Shown here: piece by piece, positions 39,053 through 48,593 of the stretch
Numbering within the stretch: the first letter of the stretch is position 1
Layout: each line of letters begins with the position of its first letter
Assembly: GCA_012719955.1 (NCBI GenBank)
Contig: JAAXZI010000223.1
Location: 500 to 64,499 of the forward strand
From: Phycisphaerae bacterium
GTDB taxonomy: Bacteria > Planctomycetota > Phycisphaerae > UBA1845 > PWPN01
DNA length: 64,000 nt
Reading direction: 5' to 3'
Made by a program: the position numbers and the translations under genes
Notes under the pieces: model-generated
What the model was told of the DNA's origin: nothing
Database searches by the model: none
Seen by the model: the letters and a program-made list of their open reading frames with translations, nothing else

Positions 39053-39937
39053 ATGCAATCGTTGACACGGGAATCAGCCTGCCTGGTCTGCGGGTGTTCG
39101 CACATGACGCCCCATCTGGAGATCCTTCAGCGCTGCTCCGGGTGCGGGTTTGTGACCGCACGCCTGGATGCGCCGGTGGATGTTCGACAGATTTATGAGG
39201 GTCGCTACTTCACTGGCGAGGAATACCTCGATTACCTGGCCGACGAACCCTTCTTCCGGAAGAACTTTCGAAAGCGATTACGCGAACTGCTCCGGCGTTG
39301 CTCCGGCGGGCGCCTGCTCGAGATCGGTGCGGCCTACGGCTTCTTTCTGGATATGGCCAGGGAGCATTTCGACGTCGTCGGCTACGAAATCAACCCGGAA
39401 GCCGTCCGCCATGCCCGCGAGGTGCTGGGCGTGGATGTCCGGACCGACGATTTCCTGACCGCCGGTGTCGAAGATCTCGGCGGGCCCGTGGACATGACCG
39501 TCATGTGGGACGTCATCGAGCACCTGGAGCGGCCGGACCTGTTCCTGGCCCACATCGCCGAGGTATCCAGGCCGGGGGCGTTGATCTACATCACCACGGG
39601 CGACATCGGCAGCGCTCTTGCGCGCCGTCGCGGACGCCGTTGGCGGATGATTCATCCCCCTTCGCATCTGCACTACTTCGACCGTCGGACCCTGCCGCAA
39701 CTGCTGGCTCGCTATGGATTCGGCACGCTGGAGGTCCGCTCGGTGGGGGTGGCTCGCAGCTTCCGGCAGGTGCTCTACTCCATCCTGGTCCTGGGCCTGC
39801 AACGCCCGCGGGCGTATGAGGCGCTCAAGAAATTCGTTCCGCCCGCCTGGGGCTTTACCCTGAACACGTTTGACATCATGCAGGTCGTGGCCCGCTACGA
39901 GGGCACGGGATCGCCCCCCCGGAGCCCGGGTGCCTGA
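39053..39937 (+). CDS. Class I SAM-dependent methyltransferase with N-terminal Zn ribbon
   Basis: CLVC...CSGC; LLEIGAAYGFF; WDVIEH; PSHLHYF. Confidence 0.88.
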   Translation: MQSLTRESACLVCGCSHMTPHLEILQRCSGCGFVTARLDAPVDVRQIYEGRYFTGEEYLDYLADEPFFRKNFRKRLRELLRRCSGGRLLEIGAAYGFFLDMAREHFDVVGYEINPEAVRHAREVLGVDVRTDDFLTAGVEDLGGPVDMTVMWDVIEHLERPDLFLAHIAEVSRPGALIYITTGDIGSALARRRGRRWRMIHPPSHLHYFDRRTLPQLLARYGFGTLEVRSVGVARSFRQVLYSILVLGLQRPRAYEALKKFVPPAWGFTLNTFDIMQVVARYEGTGSPPRSPGA

Positions 39938-40028
39938 TAGCGGGAATGTCCCTCGTGCCGGCCTGACCATTGCGTGCCATGTGTGTGCTATGGCTCTGGA
40001 GCCGTGCCGGAGGGAGGCTGACGTTCTG

Positions 40029-40052
40029 CACGGCTCAAGAGCCGTGGCACCC
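40029..40052. repeat. REP-like palindrome CACGGCTC-AA-GAGCCGTG(GCAC)
   Basis: Perfect 8-bp stem upstream of leuS. Confidence 0.72.
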
Positions 40053-40312
40053 GCATCGTGGTACCCGCCCCGTGACCCCCGCATCGTGGCCCCACAGCGT
40101 GGCGGTGCACCCGATGACGGATGCAGGATCGCCCATGGCCATCAAAGCCCGCTTGGCCGGCGTCCAGCGGGGTTGCCATTGGCTCGGGCGGGGGGCAGGG
40201 TTATCATGTTGAATCTTTGCCGCAGGCGACAGGTGAAGCCTTGCCGCGCCGCGTTTCCGCCAGTGAGGGCGCCGGCGGCACGAGACTGAAGCCACATAGA
40301 GAGAATGTTGTA

Positions 40313-43204
40313 ATGAGCGAATCTGCAGGCACTTACAGCTTTCGAGAGATCGAGGCCAAGTGGCAGAAACACTGGCTGGAAACCAAGACGTTCCACACCC
40401 CCAATCCCGGGGAGCCGGGGTTCGACCCGGCCAGGCCCAAGTTCTACGTGCTGGACATGTTCCCCTACCCCAGCGGCGTAGGGTTGCACGTAGGCCACCC
40501 GCTGGGCTACATCGCCACCGACATCTACGCCCGCTTCAAGCGCATGCGGGGATACAACGTCCTGCACCCCATGGGCTATGACGCGTTCGGACTGCCGGCC
40601 GAGCAGTACGCGGTCGAGCATGGCGTGCCGCCGCGGGAGACGACCGAGAAAAACATCGCCAACATGCGGGCCCAGATGCAGCGGCTCGGCCTGGGCTATG
40701 ACTGGGACCGTGAGATCGCCACCACCGACGTCGAGTACTACCGGTGGACGCAGTGGATCTTCCTTCAGCTCTACAACAGTTGGTATGACCCCGAGGCCGA
40801 CGCCGCCCGGCCCATCGCCGAGCTGATTAGTCACCTCGAAAACGAGCGCTACCTGGTGGACTTTAACGGGCAACTGGTGCCCGTTGGGCAGTCGGTAACC
40901 ACCCAGTCGTGGTTCGGCGGCTCGCCGGCAGGCACCCAGCGGTGGACCGAGCTGTCCCCGGAGCAGCGCCGGGCAGTGATCGATAATCAGCGGCTGGCCT
41001 ACCTGGATGAGGTGCCGGTGAACTGGTGTCCGGCCCTGGGCACGGTGCTGGCCAACGAGGAGGTCACCAACGAGGGCCGATCCGAGCGCGGCAACTACCC
41101 GGTGTACCGCCGGCCGCTGCGCCAGTGGATGCTGCGCATCACCCGGTACGCCGACCGGCTGGAGCGCGACCTTGAAGCGGTGGACTGGCCCGAGCCCATC
41201 AAGCTTATGCAGCGCAACTGGATCGGCCGCAGCGAAGGCGCGGAGGTGGATTTCGCGGTGGCCGACAGCGAGGAGGTAATCCGCGTCTTCACCACCCGCC
41301 CGGACACGCTGTTCGGGGCCACCTACATGGTGCTGGCCCCCGAGCACGAGCTGGTCCCGACGCTGACCACCGACGCACAGCGGGCGGAAGTCGAGAGGTA
41401 TGTGGAGGTGGCCCGCAACCGTAGCGACCTCGAGCGCACTGCTGAAACCCGCGAGAAGACCGGCGTGTTCACCGGGGCCTACGCCATCAACCCGGTCAAC
41501 AATGAGCGGATCCCGATCTGGGTGGCGGATTATGTACTCACCGGCTACGGCACGGGGGCGATCATGGCCGTGCCGGCGCACGACACGCGCGACTTTGAGT
41601 TTGCCCGGAAGTTCCACCTGCCCATTCGCCAGGTGGTCCAGCCGCCGGAGGGCGTGGATTGGCGCGGGTATGTGGGCGACGGCATCGCGGTGAACTCAGG
41701 GGAGTTTGACGGGCTGCCCACGCCCGAGTTCAAGAAGCGGATCACCGCCTGGCTGGAGGAGCAGGGCATCGGCAAGGCCCGGGTGAATTACAAGCTGCGC
41801 GACTGGCTGTTCAGCCGGCAGCGCTACTGGGGCGAGCCGTTCCCGATCGTACACGATGTCAAGACCGGCGAGGTGTTCCCGCTGGATGAGCGCGAGCTGC
41901 CGGTGGTGTTGCCGCAGATTGACGACTTCCGCCCGCGGGCCTCCGAAGACCCGGACGTCCCGCCGGCCCCGCCGCTGGGTCGGGCGCGGGAGTGGGTGCA
42001 TGTGCGCGGCTACGTGGATGAGCACGGCTCCGTGCGCCTGCTCTCGCCGGACGAGGTGCCGCCCTCGGGCGCCGCCGTGCGCGAGTTCCGCCGCGAACTC
42101 AACACCATGCCGCAGTGGGCTGGCTCGTGCTGGTATTACCTGCGCTACCTCGATCCGCGTAATGAAGACGCCTTCGTGGACACCGCGATCGAACATTACT
42201 GGATGACGTCCCGCAAGGCGGACGGCACGGTGCACGCCGGTGGTGTGGACTTGTATGTCGGCGGGGCCGAGCACGCGGTGCTGCACCTGCTGTACGCGCG
42301 TTTCTGGCACAAGGTGCTGTTTGATCTGGGCTATGTGAGCACCCCGGAGCCGTTCGGACGGCTGTTCAACCAGGGTTACATCCAGGCGTACGCCTTCCAG
42401 GACGCGCGCGGCATCTACGTGGATGTGCGCGACGCGCAGGAGACAGAGGACGGGCGTTTCATCCGCAAATCCACCGGCGAGCCCCTGACCCGAACCCTCG
42501 GCAAGATGGGCAAGAGCCTCAAGAACGCCGTGTCGCCGGATGAGATCGGCGAGGAGTACGGCACCGACACGCTGCGCGTCTACGAGATGTACATGGGACC
42601 CCTGGAGGCCAGCAAGCCGTGGAGCACCCGTGATATCGTGGGCATGAGCCGGTTTCTGAACGCGGTCTGGCGGCGGTTCGTGGCCGAGGACGGCACCCTG
42701 CGGGTGACGAATGATGCTCCGGATGAGGGGTTGCGGCGATTGCTGCACAAGACCATCAAACGCGTGACCGTGGACATGGAGAACCTGCGTTTCAATACGG
42801 CCATCGCCGCCCTGATTCAGTTCAACAATTCGCTGAAGGTGGATCGCGTGCCGCGTGAACTGGCGGCGGCGTTCCTGAAGCTGTTGGCCCCGATCGCGCC
42901 TCACCTGGCCGAGGAGCTGTGGCAGCGGCTGCTGGGAGCGGACTGGAAGCGCTCCATCGCGTTTGAGGACTGGCCGACCTATGACGAGGCCCTGGCCGTG
43001 GATCTGGAGGTCGAGATTCCAGTGCAGATCAACGGCAAGCTGCGCTCCAGGATCCACCTGCCGGCCGACGCCGCGGCTGACCAGGATCAGATGCGCGAGG
43101 CGGCCCTGGCGAATGCCAGGATTCGGCAGGAGCTCAGCGGGATGACGGTGCGGAAAGTAATCTGCGTGCCCGGACGGCTGGTGAATATCGTCGCGACGGC
43201 GTGA
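40313..43204 (+). CDS. leuS: Leucine--tRNA ligase
   Basis: LDMFPYPSG.GLHVGH (HIGH), RDWLFSRQRYWGEP, GGAEHAVLHLLYARF, KMGKS (KMSKS). Confidence 0.98.
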   Translation: MSESAGTYSFREIEAKWQKHWLETKTFHTPNPGEPGFDPARPKFYVLDMFPYPSGVGLHVGHPLGYIATDIYARFKRMRGYNVLHPMGYDAFGLPAEQYAVEHGVPPRETTEKNIANMRAQMQRLGLGYDWDREIATTDVEYYRWTQWIFLQLYNSWYDPEADAARPIAELISHLENERYLVDFNGQLVPVGQSVTTQSWFGGSPAGTQRWTELSPEQRRAVIDNQRLAYLDEVPVNWCPALGTVLANEEVTNEGRSERGNYPVYRRPLRQWMLRITRYADRLERDLEAVDWPEPIKLMQRNWIGRSEGAEVDFAVADSEEVIRVFTTRPDTLFGATYMVLAPEHELVPTLTTDAQRAEVERYVEVARNRSDLERTAETREKTGVFTGAYAINPVNNERIPIWVADYVLTGYGTGAIMAVPAHDTRDFEFARKFHLPIRQVVQPPEGVDWRGYVGDGIAVNSGEFDGLPTPEFKKRITAWLEEQGIGKARVNYKLRDWLFSRQRYWGEPFPIVHDVKTGEVFPLDERELPVVLPQIDDFRPRASEDPDVPPAPPLGRAREWVHVRGYVDEHGSVRLLSPDEVPPSGAAVREFRRELNTMPQWAGSCWYYLRYLDPRNEDAFVDTAIEHYWMTSRKADGTVHAGGVDLYVGGAEHAVLHLLYARFWHKVLFDLGYVSTPEPFGRLFNQGYIQAYAFQDARGIYVDVRDAQETEDGRFIRKSTGEPLTRTLGKMGKSLKNAVSPDEIGEEYGTDTLRVYEMYMGPLEASKPWSTRDIVGMSRFLNAVWRRFVAEDGTLRVTNDAPDEGLRRLLHKTIKRVTVDMENLRFNTAIAALIQFNNSLKVDRVPRELAAAFLKLLAPIAPHLAEELWQRLLGADWKRSIAFEDWPTYDEALAVDLEVEIPVQINGKLRSRIHLPADAAADQDQMREAALANARIRQELSGMTVRKVICVPGRLVNIVATA

Positions 43205-43236
43205 GCATTTCGGATTGACGGAGGTTCTTCGAACTG

Positions 43237-43316
43237 GTTCTTTGTCCTTTGTCATTGGTCCTCAGTCCTGAGAACCATGTTGGACCAAGGACAAAGAACC
43301 AAGGACAGAGAACTCA
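43237..43316. repeat. Inverted 7-mer tandem repeat array (TCCTTGG-like then CCAAGGA-like)
   Basis: ttctttg-tcctttg-tcattgg-tcctcag-tcctgag ... ccaaggacaaagaaccaaggacagagaac. Confidence 0.65.
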
Positions 43317-43343
43317 ACCTGTTACACAGAAACCGGACTCTGG

Positions 43344-43910
43344 ATGGCCACCGAAGTTGAGGCCAAGCTGAAGGTCGATTCGCACGAGGCCGTGCGGGGG
43401 CGGCTGCGTGCGCTGGGGGCCGAGCCGCGGGGTCAGGTGCTGGAGGTGAACCACATCTTCGACAATGCCCATCGCTCGATGCTGGCCGGCGATCGTGGGT
43501 TGCGCCTTCGCGAGTGCCGCGACGAGCGGGGGGAACTGGTGCGGGCGGTGTTGACTTACAAGGGGCCGCGCGTGCCGGGATCGATCAAGCGCAGAGAAGA
43601 AATCGAAATTGTGGTTGACGATCCGGTCGCCGCCGGCACAATGCTGGAACGGCTCGGTTTTGTCGAAGCGGTCCGCTTCGAGAAGCGGCGCGAGACCTGG
43701 CGGCTCAATGGATGCCTGGTCGAACTGGACGAAGTGCCGTATCTTGGCCTTTTCGTCGAGATCGAGGGGCCCGACGAGGGACGCATCGAGCAGGTTCGTG
43801 GCGAACTGGGATTGAGCGGCGCGCCCCTGGTACACGGGAGCTACATCGGGCTGCTCGTGCGGCACTGTGAGGAACACGGTCTGCCGGTCACGTGCATTAC
43901 CTTTGAGTGA
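43344..43910 (+). CDS. CYTH-domain protein (class IV adenylate cyclase family)
   Basis: EVEAK, LRLR, LTYKGP, KRRETW, LDEVP.LG.FVEIEG. Confidence 0.9.
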   Translation: MATEVEAKLKVDSHEAVRGRLRALGAEPRGQVLEVNHIFDNAHRSMLAGDRGLRLRECRDERGELVRAVLTYKGPRVPGSIKRREEIEIVVDDPVAAGTMLERLGFVEAVRFEKRRETWRLNGCLVELDEVPYLGLFVEIEGPDEGRIEQVRGELGLSGAPLVHGSYIGLLVRHCEEHGLPVTCITFE

Positions 43911-44027
43911 GCCTCGCCGCCATGGACGCGGCGAGACGCGCCAACACGAGCAGGTCGAAAGAGTGCTGCTCATGGAGCGGTGGGCGCCCGGCGGCACGAC
44001 GTTGCTTGCGACTGAGGGCAGAAGCGC

Positions 44028-45134
44028 ATGACGCGCGGCTTGAGCACCATTCTGTTGTTGATCCTCTGTGCCGGTTGTCCGTTTCTGCCGCCGGCACTGA
44101 GCGGAGGCGGCGAGCCTGCTACTGAGCCTGTCTTGGCCGAAGCCGATCCCGGGGCCGAGGAAGCGCAGCGCCCCGAATCCCCCGAACTCCTTGATCTGGA
44201 CCGCCGCTATGAAGCCATCCTCGCCGCCAGCGCCCCCTTTGGTGAGGGAGGCCGGGAGGTGTTGGAGGTGGCCTATCGCGTGCTGCGCGAGGGCCGGGCC
44301 GAGGGGCGATGGCCGCTGGTGGGCCTGGAGGATCTCTGGGCGGAGGCCATCAAGGAAGGGACCGTGCTGTTCAACCGGCCGGAGCGCCGCTGGGGCCTGA
44401 CCACCGCGGACGAGACCGCCGACATGCTGGGCCAGAACACCATCGGCCCCTGGCAGATCACGGTGCGGAACGTCCGCTACATCTACGGCCGTCCGTATGG
44501 CATCGAGCCGGACTGGCCGGACGCGAAAGTCTACACCTTCTGCCGCGATAACCCCGATATCCAGGCCCGCATGATCGCGGATTACATTCAAGAGGCCTAC
44601 GAGAAGTACGGCCGGCGCAGCCCCTATGGCATCCAGTGCTATTTTTCACTCCGGGCATTCGTTCGCGGCACGATCGGGATGGGGCGGTGGGACCAATCGG
44701 TGTTGCCCGCCGCACCGGGCGGCAACCCGGCCCTGATCAGCCCCCAGGACAAGGCCAACACCGGCTTCTACGCCAAGCAGCTCCTGCTGGGCACGCGAAC
44801 GCAACCGCATGGGCTGTTATACTGGCTCTGGGTGACCGGTGACCTGGACGCGATCCGCGAGGTCCTGCGGGTGTGGCGCGACCAGCGCTGCTTTGTCTGG
44901 GACGAAATCCGGCAGAAGCCGCGACTCACGAACGTAGACGGTCTTTTTGCAATTCAACCGGACGATCTCAAATACCTGGCCGTCTTTCCCGGGTGCTGCC
45001 CGGCCGTGCAGCCTCTGGTCCGGGAAGTACTGGCCGAACGGGAGCAAATCCATGAGCTCGATCGAGCTGCATCCCCTGGCGGGAGCCGACCTGAAGGCGG
45101 TGTTGTCCATCTGGAACCGGGCGCTGGTCCGTGA
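44028..45134 (+). CDS. Hypothetical lipoprotein, possible divergent lysozyme/SLT-like domain
   Basis: CAGC lipobox; AIKEG...TIGPWQI...DNPDIQARMIADYI...KYG pattern. 3' end overlaps the next gene by 83 nt. Confidence 0.55.
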   Translation: MTRGLSTILLLILCAGCPFLPPALSGGGEPATEPVLAEADPGAEEAQRPESPELLDLDRRYEAILAASAPFGEGGREVLEVAYRVLREGRAEGRWPLVGLEDLWAEAIKEGTVLFNRPERRWGLTTADETADMLGQNTIGPWQITVRNVRYIYGRPYGIEPDWPDAKVYTFCRDNPDIQARMIADYIQEAYEKYGRRSPYGIQCYFSLRAFVRGTIGMGRWDQSVLPAAPGGNPALISPQDKANTGFYAKQLLLGTRTQPHGLLYWLWVTGDLDAIREVLRVWRDQRCFVWDEIRQKPRLTNVDGLFAIQPDDLKYLAVFPGCCPAVQPLVREVLAEREQIHELDRAASPGGSRPEGGVVHLEPGAGP

Positions 45135-45996
45135 TCCGATCAGCGAAAGCCGTTTCGTGAGTAGCACTTTGTGCGATCCGGATTACTGGCCGGGGGAGGA
45201 CTCCGGATTTCTGGTGGCCCATGCGGCTGGCCGCCCGGCGGGATTCGTGCGGGCCATCATTCGCCGTTGGCCCAACGATCGCGTGGGCGTCGAGCCGGAA
45301 GACGGCTGGATCCCCGTGATAGCGGTCGATCCCGACTATCAGCGGCAGGGCATCGGAACCACCCTGCTGAAAGCGGCAATCGACTACCTGCGCGGACACG
45401 GGCGCAAGCGCGTGTGGGTGTGCGGCAATACCGGCTCGGCCCCCGGTTATGTGTTTCCGGGCGTGGATCAGGACGTTTACGCCCCGGCCCTGCGCATGTT
45501 CCTGAAAGCGGGTTTTGTGGTCGACCATGAACCAGTGGCCATGTCCCGCTCGACACTCGATTTCGACGTGGCCGGCTGGTCCGCCCGAACCCGGGCCGCC
45601 TGTCCGCAGGCCCAGGTCCAGACGCTCACCCCCGAGCGGGTGCAGGATTTCATGGCCTTCCTGGCAGAGGAGTTTCCTGGTGATTGGAACATGGGCGCCC
45701 GGGCCAAGATCCGCAGCGGGGCGTTGCACGAGGTGCTGATCGCCGTCCTGGACGGCCGGGTGGTCGGCTATTGCCAGTGGGAGGGCGAGCACTTCGGCCC
45801 CTTCGGCGTGGCCCGTTCGACGCGCAACCGCAGGATCGGCGAGCAGCTTTTCATTGAGGCGGTGCGGCGCATCCGCGAGGCCGACGGTCGGACGGTCTGG
45901 TTCAACTGGGCGGATGCGGACGCGGCGCGGTTCTATGCCCGGTTTGGGCTTACGGCCACGCGACGGTTCGCAATACTGCGCAAGGAACTGGTCTAA
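45052..45996 (+). CDS. Tandem-GNAT N-acetyltransferase
   Basis: VDPDYQRQGIGTTLL and VARSTRNRRIGEQL motif A; ARFYARFG. Confidence 0.9.
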   Translation: MSSIELHPLAGADLKAVLSIWNRALVRDPISESRFVSSTLCDPDYWPGEDSGFLVAHAAGRPAGFVRAIIRRWPNDRVGVEPEDGWIPVIAVDPDYQRQGIGTTLLKAAIDYLRGHGRKRVWVCGNTGSAPGYVFPGVDQDVYAPALRMFLKAGFVVDHEPVAMSRSTLDFDVAGWSARTRAACPQAQVQTLTPERVQDFMAFLAEEFPGDWNMGARAKIRSGALHEVLIAVLDGRVVGYCQWEGEHFGPFGVARSTRNRRIGEQLFIEAVRRIREADGRTVWFNWADADAARFYARFGLTATRRFAILRKELV

Positions 45997-46018
45997 CGGG
46001 TTCGCGGTCAGTGGCCAA

Positions 46019-46054
46019 CCGATCGGACTGATCGGACGGATCCGTCGGATCGGG
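46019..46054. repeat. 9-mer GATC repeat array
   Basis: ccgatcgga-ctgatcgga-cggatccgt-cggatcggg. Confidence 0.75.
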
Positions 46055-46112
46055 CTTTTCCGGCGGCACGGGCTCTTCCGGCGGCTGCCACAACTGACAA
46101 AACTGGTGAGCC

Positions 46113-47699
46113 ATGAAACATCTCGATTCTGCCATCGTCGCCGCGTACTTTGTGCTCATTATCGTCATCGGGTACTGGGTCAGCCGCCGGCACGGAGCAG
46201 GCAGCGCCGAGGAATTCGTCACCGGCGGGCGCACGCGCACGTGGTGGCAGACGGGGCTGGCTATGCTGGGCATGGCCGTTGATCCGGGCTACATGAGCAT
46301 CGCCGGGCTGGGCTTTGCCTGGGGGCTGTACCTGACCCAGTGGACGGGCGTTCACGTCTGGTTCACTACCTGGTTCGCGGCCCTGTTCTTCGTGCCCGTG
46401 TACTGGCGCTCGCGGATCATCACCACGCCGGAGTATCTGGAGCGGCGTTTCAATGTTCAGTGCCGCGTGGTCTTCTCGCTGCTCATGAGCGTCCTGCTGG
46501 TGGTGACGCTGGCCCTGGGGTTATACCTGGGCGCGTTGCTGCTCGAGCAGTTGCTGGGTTGGCCGTTTGCGGTGAGTGTCGCGTTCATCGCCCTGGCGGC
46601 CGGCTTCTACGTGATTCTGGGCGGTATGCGGACGGTCCTGGTGCTGGACACCTACCAGGCCCTTTTCCTGCTGGCCACCCTGTTGCTGGTGGCGGGCATG
46701 GCCGTTTATCACGCCGGCGGGCTGGGCGGCCTGGCGGCGCTGACCGAAAAGAACGATGCCGGCGGAAACCTCAACAGCATCATCCCGCCCTGGACCTGGG
46801 ACCTGGGGACGCCTTTCTTCTTCCACGCTCAGGGCATCCTCTTCTGGGCCACGGTCGTGGGCCTGTCGTGGCTGGCCTGCAACTTCGGAATGGCCCAGCG
46901 GCTGCTGGCGGCCAGGAGCGAGCGCGACGCCCAGAAGAGTCTGCTGTTTCTGGGCGTGCTGGTGGCCATCGTGCCGACCTGCTCGTTCCTGGTCGGCGTG
47001 TGCGTGCGGCATCTGCATCCGGAGATGGCCCCGGACAAGGCCTTTCTGTACGTAATGCTGGAGCTGTTCCCGGTGGGCCTTCGCGGGGTGTTGGCCGCCG
47101 GCATGATGGCGGCGCTGCTTTCGACGGCGGACGGTTTGCTCACCGGCTCCAGCGCCCTGTTGTCAGAGGACATCTATCTGCGTTTTCTCCGGCCGCAGGC
47201 GGGGGACGTCGAGCGCAAGCGGTTTGTCCGGGCCGCGGAGGTGGTTGCCCTGGTCATCGGGGCGGCGCTGGTCTGGGTGTTGAAGGAGAGCCGGACGGCC
47301 ATGGGGCTGGTTCAGGCTTTCTACGCGGACTTGTTCGGCGTGATCGTCGGCGTGTACGTGGCGGGTATTTTTTCAAAGCGGGCTGCGCCCCGGGCGGCGT
47401 TCGTGTCGGTTCTCGGCGGACTGGCCCTGGCCGTCGGGCTTGCTCTGGCCACCGATCTGAACTTCGCCTATGTCGGCGCGTTCTCCTTTGTGGGCACGTT
47501 GGCGAGCACGCTGATCCTGAGCCGGTTCGAGACCCCCGTGCCGGAGAAGCAATTGGTCAACCTGACCATTCACACGCTGGCGGATGTGAAGGGCCCCTGG
47601 GTGGGACTGAAGGCCTGGCCGGGGCTGTGGAAGTGGGCGCTGCTGTTGGCGGTGGGCTGGTTCGGCGGCAGTGCTTTGTGGGAGTGGTATATTCGGTAG
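46113..47699 (+). CDS. Sodium:solute symporter family transporter
   Basis: About 13 TMs; TTPEYLERRF, AQRLLAARS, GMMAALLST.D. Confidence 0.92.
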   Translation: MKHLDSAIVAAYFVLIIVIGYWVSRRHGAGSAEEFVTGGRTRTWWQTGLAMLGMAVDPGYMSIAGLGFAWGLYLTQWTGVHVWFTTWFAALFFVPVYWRSRIITTPEYLERRFNVQCRVVFSLLMSVLLVVTLALGLYLGALLLEQLLGWPFAVSVAFIALAAGFYVILGGMRTVLVLDTYQALFLLATLLLVAGMAVYHAGGLGGLAALTEKNDAGGNLNSIIPPWTWDLGTPFFFHAQGILFWATVVGLSWLACNFGMAQRLLAARSERDAQKSLLFLGVLVAIVPTCSFLVGVCVRHLHPEMAPDKAFLYVMLELFPVGLRGVLAAGMMAALLSTADGLLTGSSALLSEDIYLRFLRPQAGDVERKRFVRAAEVVALVIGAALVWVLKESRTAMGLVQAFYADLFGVIVGVYVAGIFSKRAAPRAAFVSVLGGLALAVGLALATDLNFAYVGAFSFVGTLASTLILSRFETPVPEKQLVNLTIHTLADVKGPWVGLKAWPGLWKWALLLAVGWFGGSALWEWYIR

Positions 47700-47801
47700 T
47701 TGCTTTGTCAGTGGTCAGTTGTCGGTTTTTTTAGCCTTTGGTCCGTTGTGTGGACTGCCCGGACCGATCCGACTGATCCGACCGATCGGACGGATCTGAT
47801 C
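47698..47801. repeat. Composite 7-mer + 9-mer repeat array
   Basis: gtcagtg/gtcagtt/gtcggtt units, then ccgatccga-ctgatccga-ccgatcgga-cggatctga. Confidence 0.7.
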
Positions 47802-47852
47802 TTCCCGGCGGCGCTCACAACTGACCGAAGGACAAGTGAGGGCTGTATCGAC

Positions 47853-48581
47853 ATGAGCCAGAAGAAACACATTCTCGCAATCGGCGCGCACATCGGCGAT
47901 GCCGAGATCACCGCCGGGCTGCTGCTGACCAAGTATGCCGCCGCCGGACATCGAGCCAGCGTGATTCACATGACCGCCGGCGAAAAGGGCAATCCACGCA
48001 TGGACGCTGGCGAATACCGCCGCCAGCGCATCGAAGAGGCGAATGCCGCCGCCGCGAAGATGGGCGTGTCCGAGTGCATCGTGCTGGATCATCCTGACGG
48101 CGAGTTGCAGGCCGATCAGGCCACCATCCATGAAATGTGTGATCTGGTGCGGCGGCTCCGGCCGGACATCGTGCTGACCCACTGGCGGGGCTCGTTTCAT
48201 CGCGACCACCGGCTCACCTACCAGATCGTGATGGAGGGCGGGTTCCTGGCCGCGCTGCCGGGCATTCAGCGGAGCGAACCGGCCCACCTGATCCGCGGCT
48301 TGTACTACCTGGAGAACTGGGAAGATCTCGAAGACTACCAGCCGGACTTGTGGGTGGATGTCAGCGATGTGTTCGACCGCTGGGTAGAGGCCTGTCGCTG
48401 CCACCAGTTGCTGCGCGGCGAGGTTTCCTTCGGCTACCTGCACTACTACACCGGCCTGGCCGCCAAGCGCGGTGCGGAGGTGGGGGTGAAGTACGCGGTG
48501 ACGGTGAGTCTGCCGCCCATCTCACGCAAGCGGAAGGTCGATTTCTTCCCGGTGGATTCGGAGCCGGTGCTGATTTTTTGA
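47853..48581 (+). CDS. PIG-L/LmbE-family deacetylase
   Basis: AIGAHIGDAE (variant of AHPDD), MTAGEKG, RIEEA..AA, HRDH. Confidence 0.88.
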   Translation: MSQKKHILAIGAHIGDAEITAGLLLTKYAAAGHRASVIHMTAGEKGNPRMDAGEYRRQRIEEANAAAAKMGVSECIVLDHPDGELQADQATIHEMCDLVRRLRPDIVLTHWRGSFHRDHRLTYQIVMEGGFLAALPGIQRSEPAHLIRGLYYLENWEDLEDYQPDLWVDVSDVFDRWVEACRCHQLLRGEVSFGYLHYYTGLAAKRGAEVGVKYAVTVSLPPISRKRKVDFFPVDSEPVLIF

Positions 48582-48593
48582 GGAGTCCGTGAT

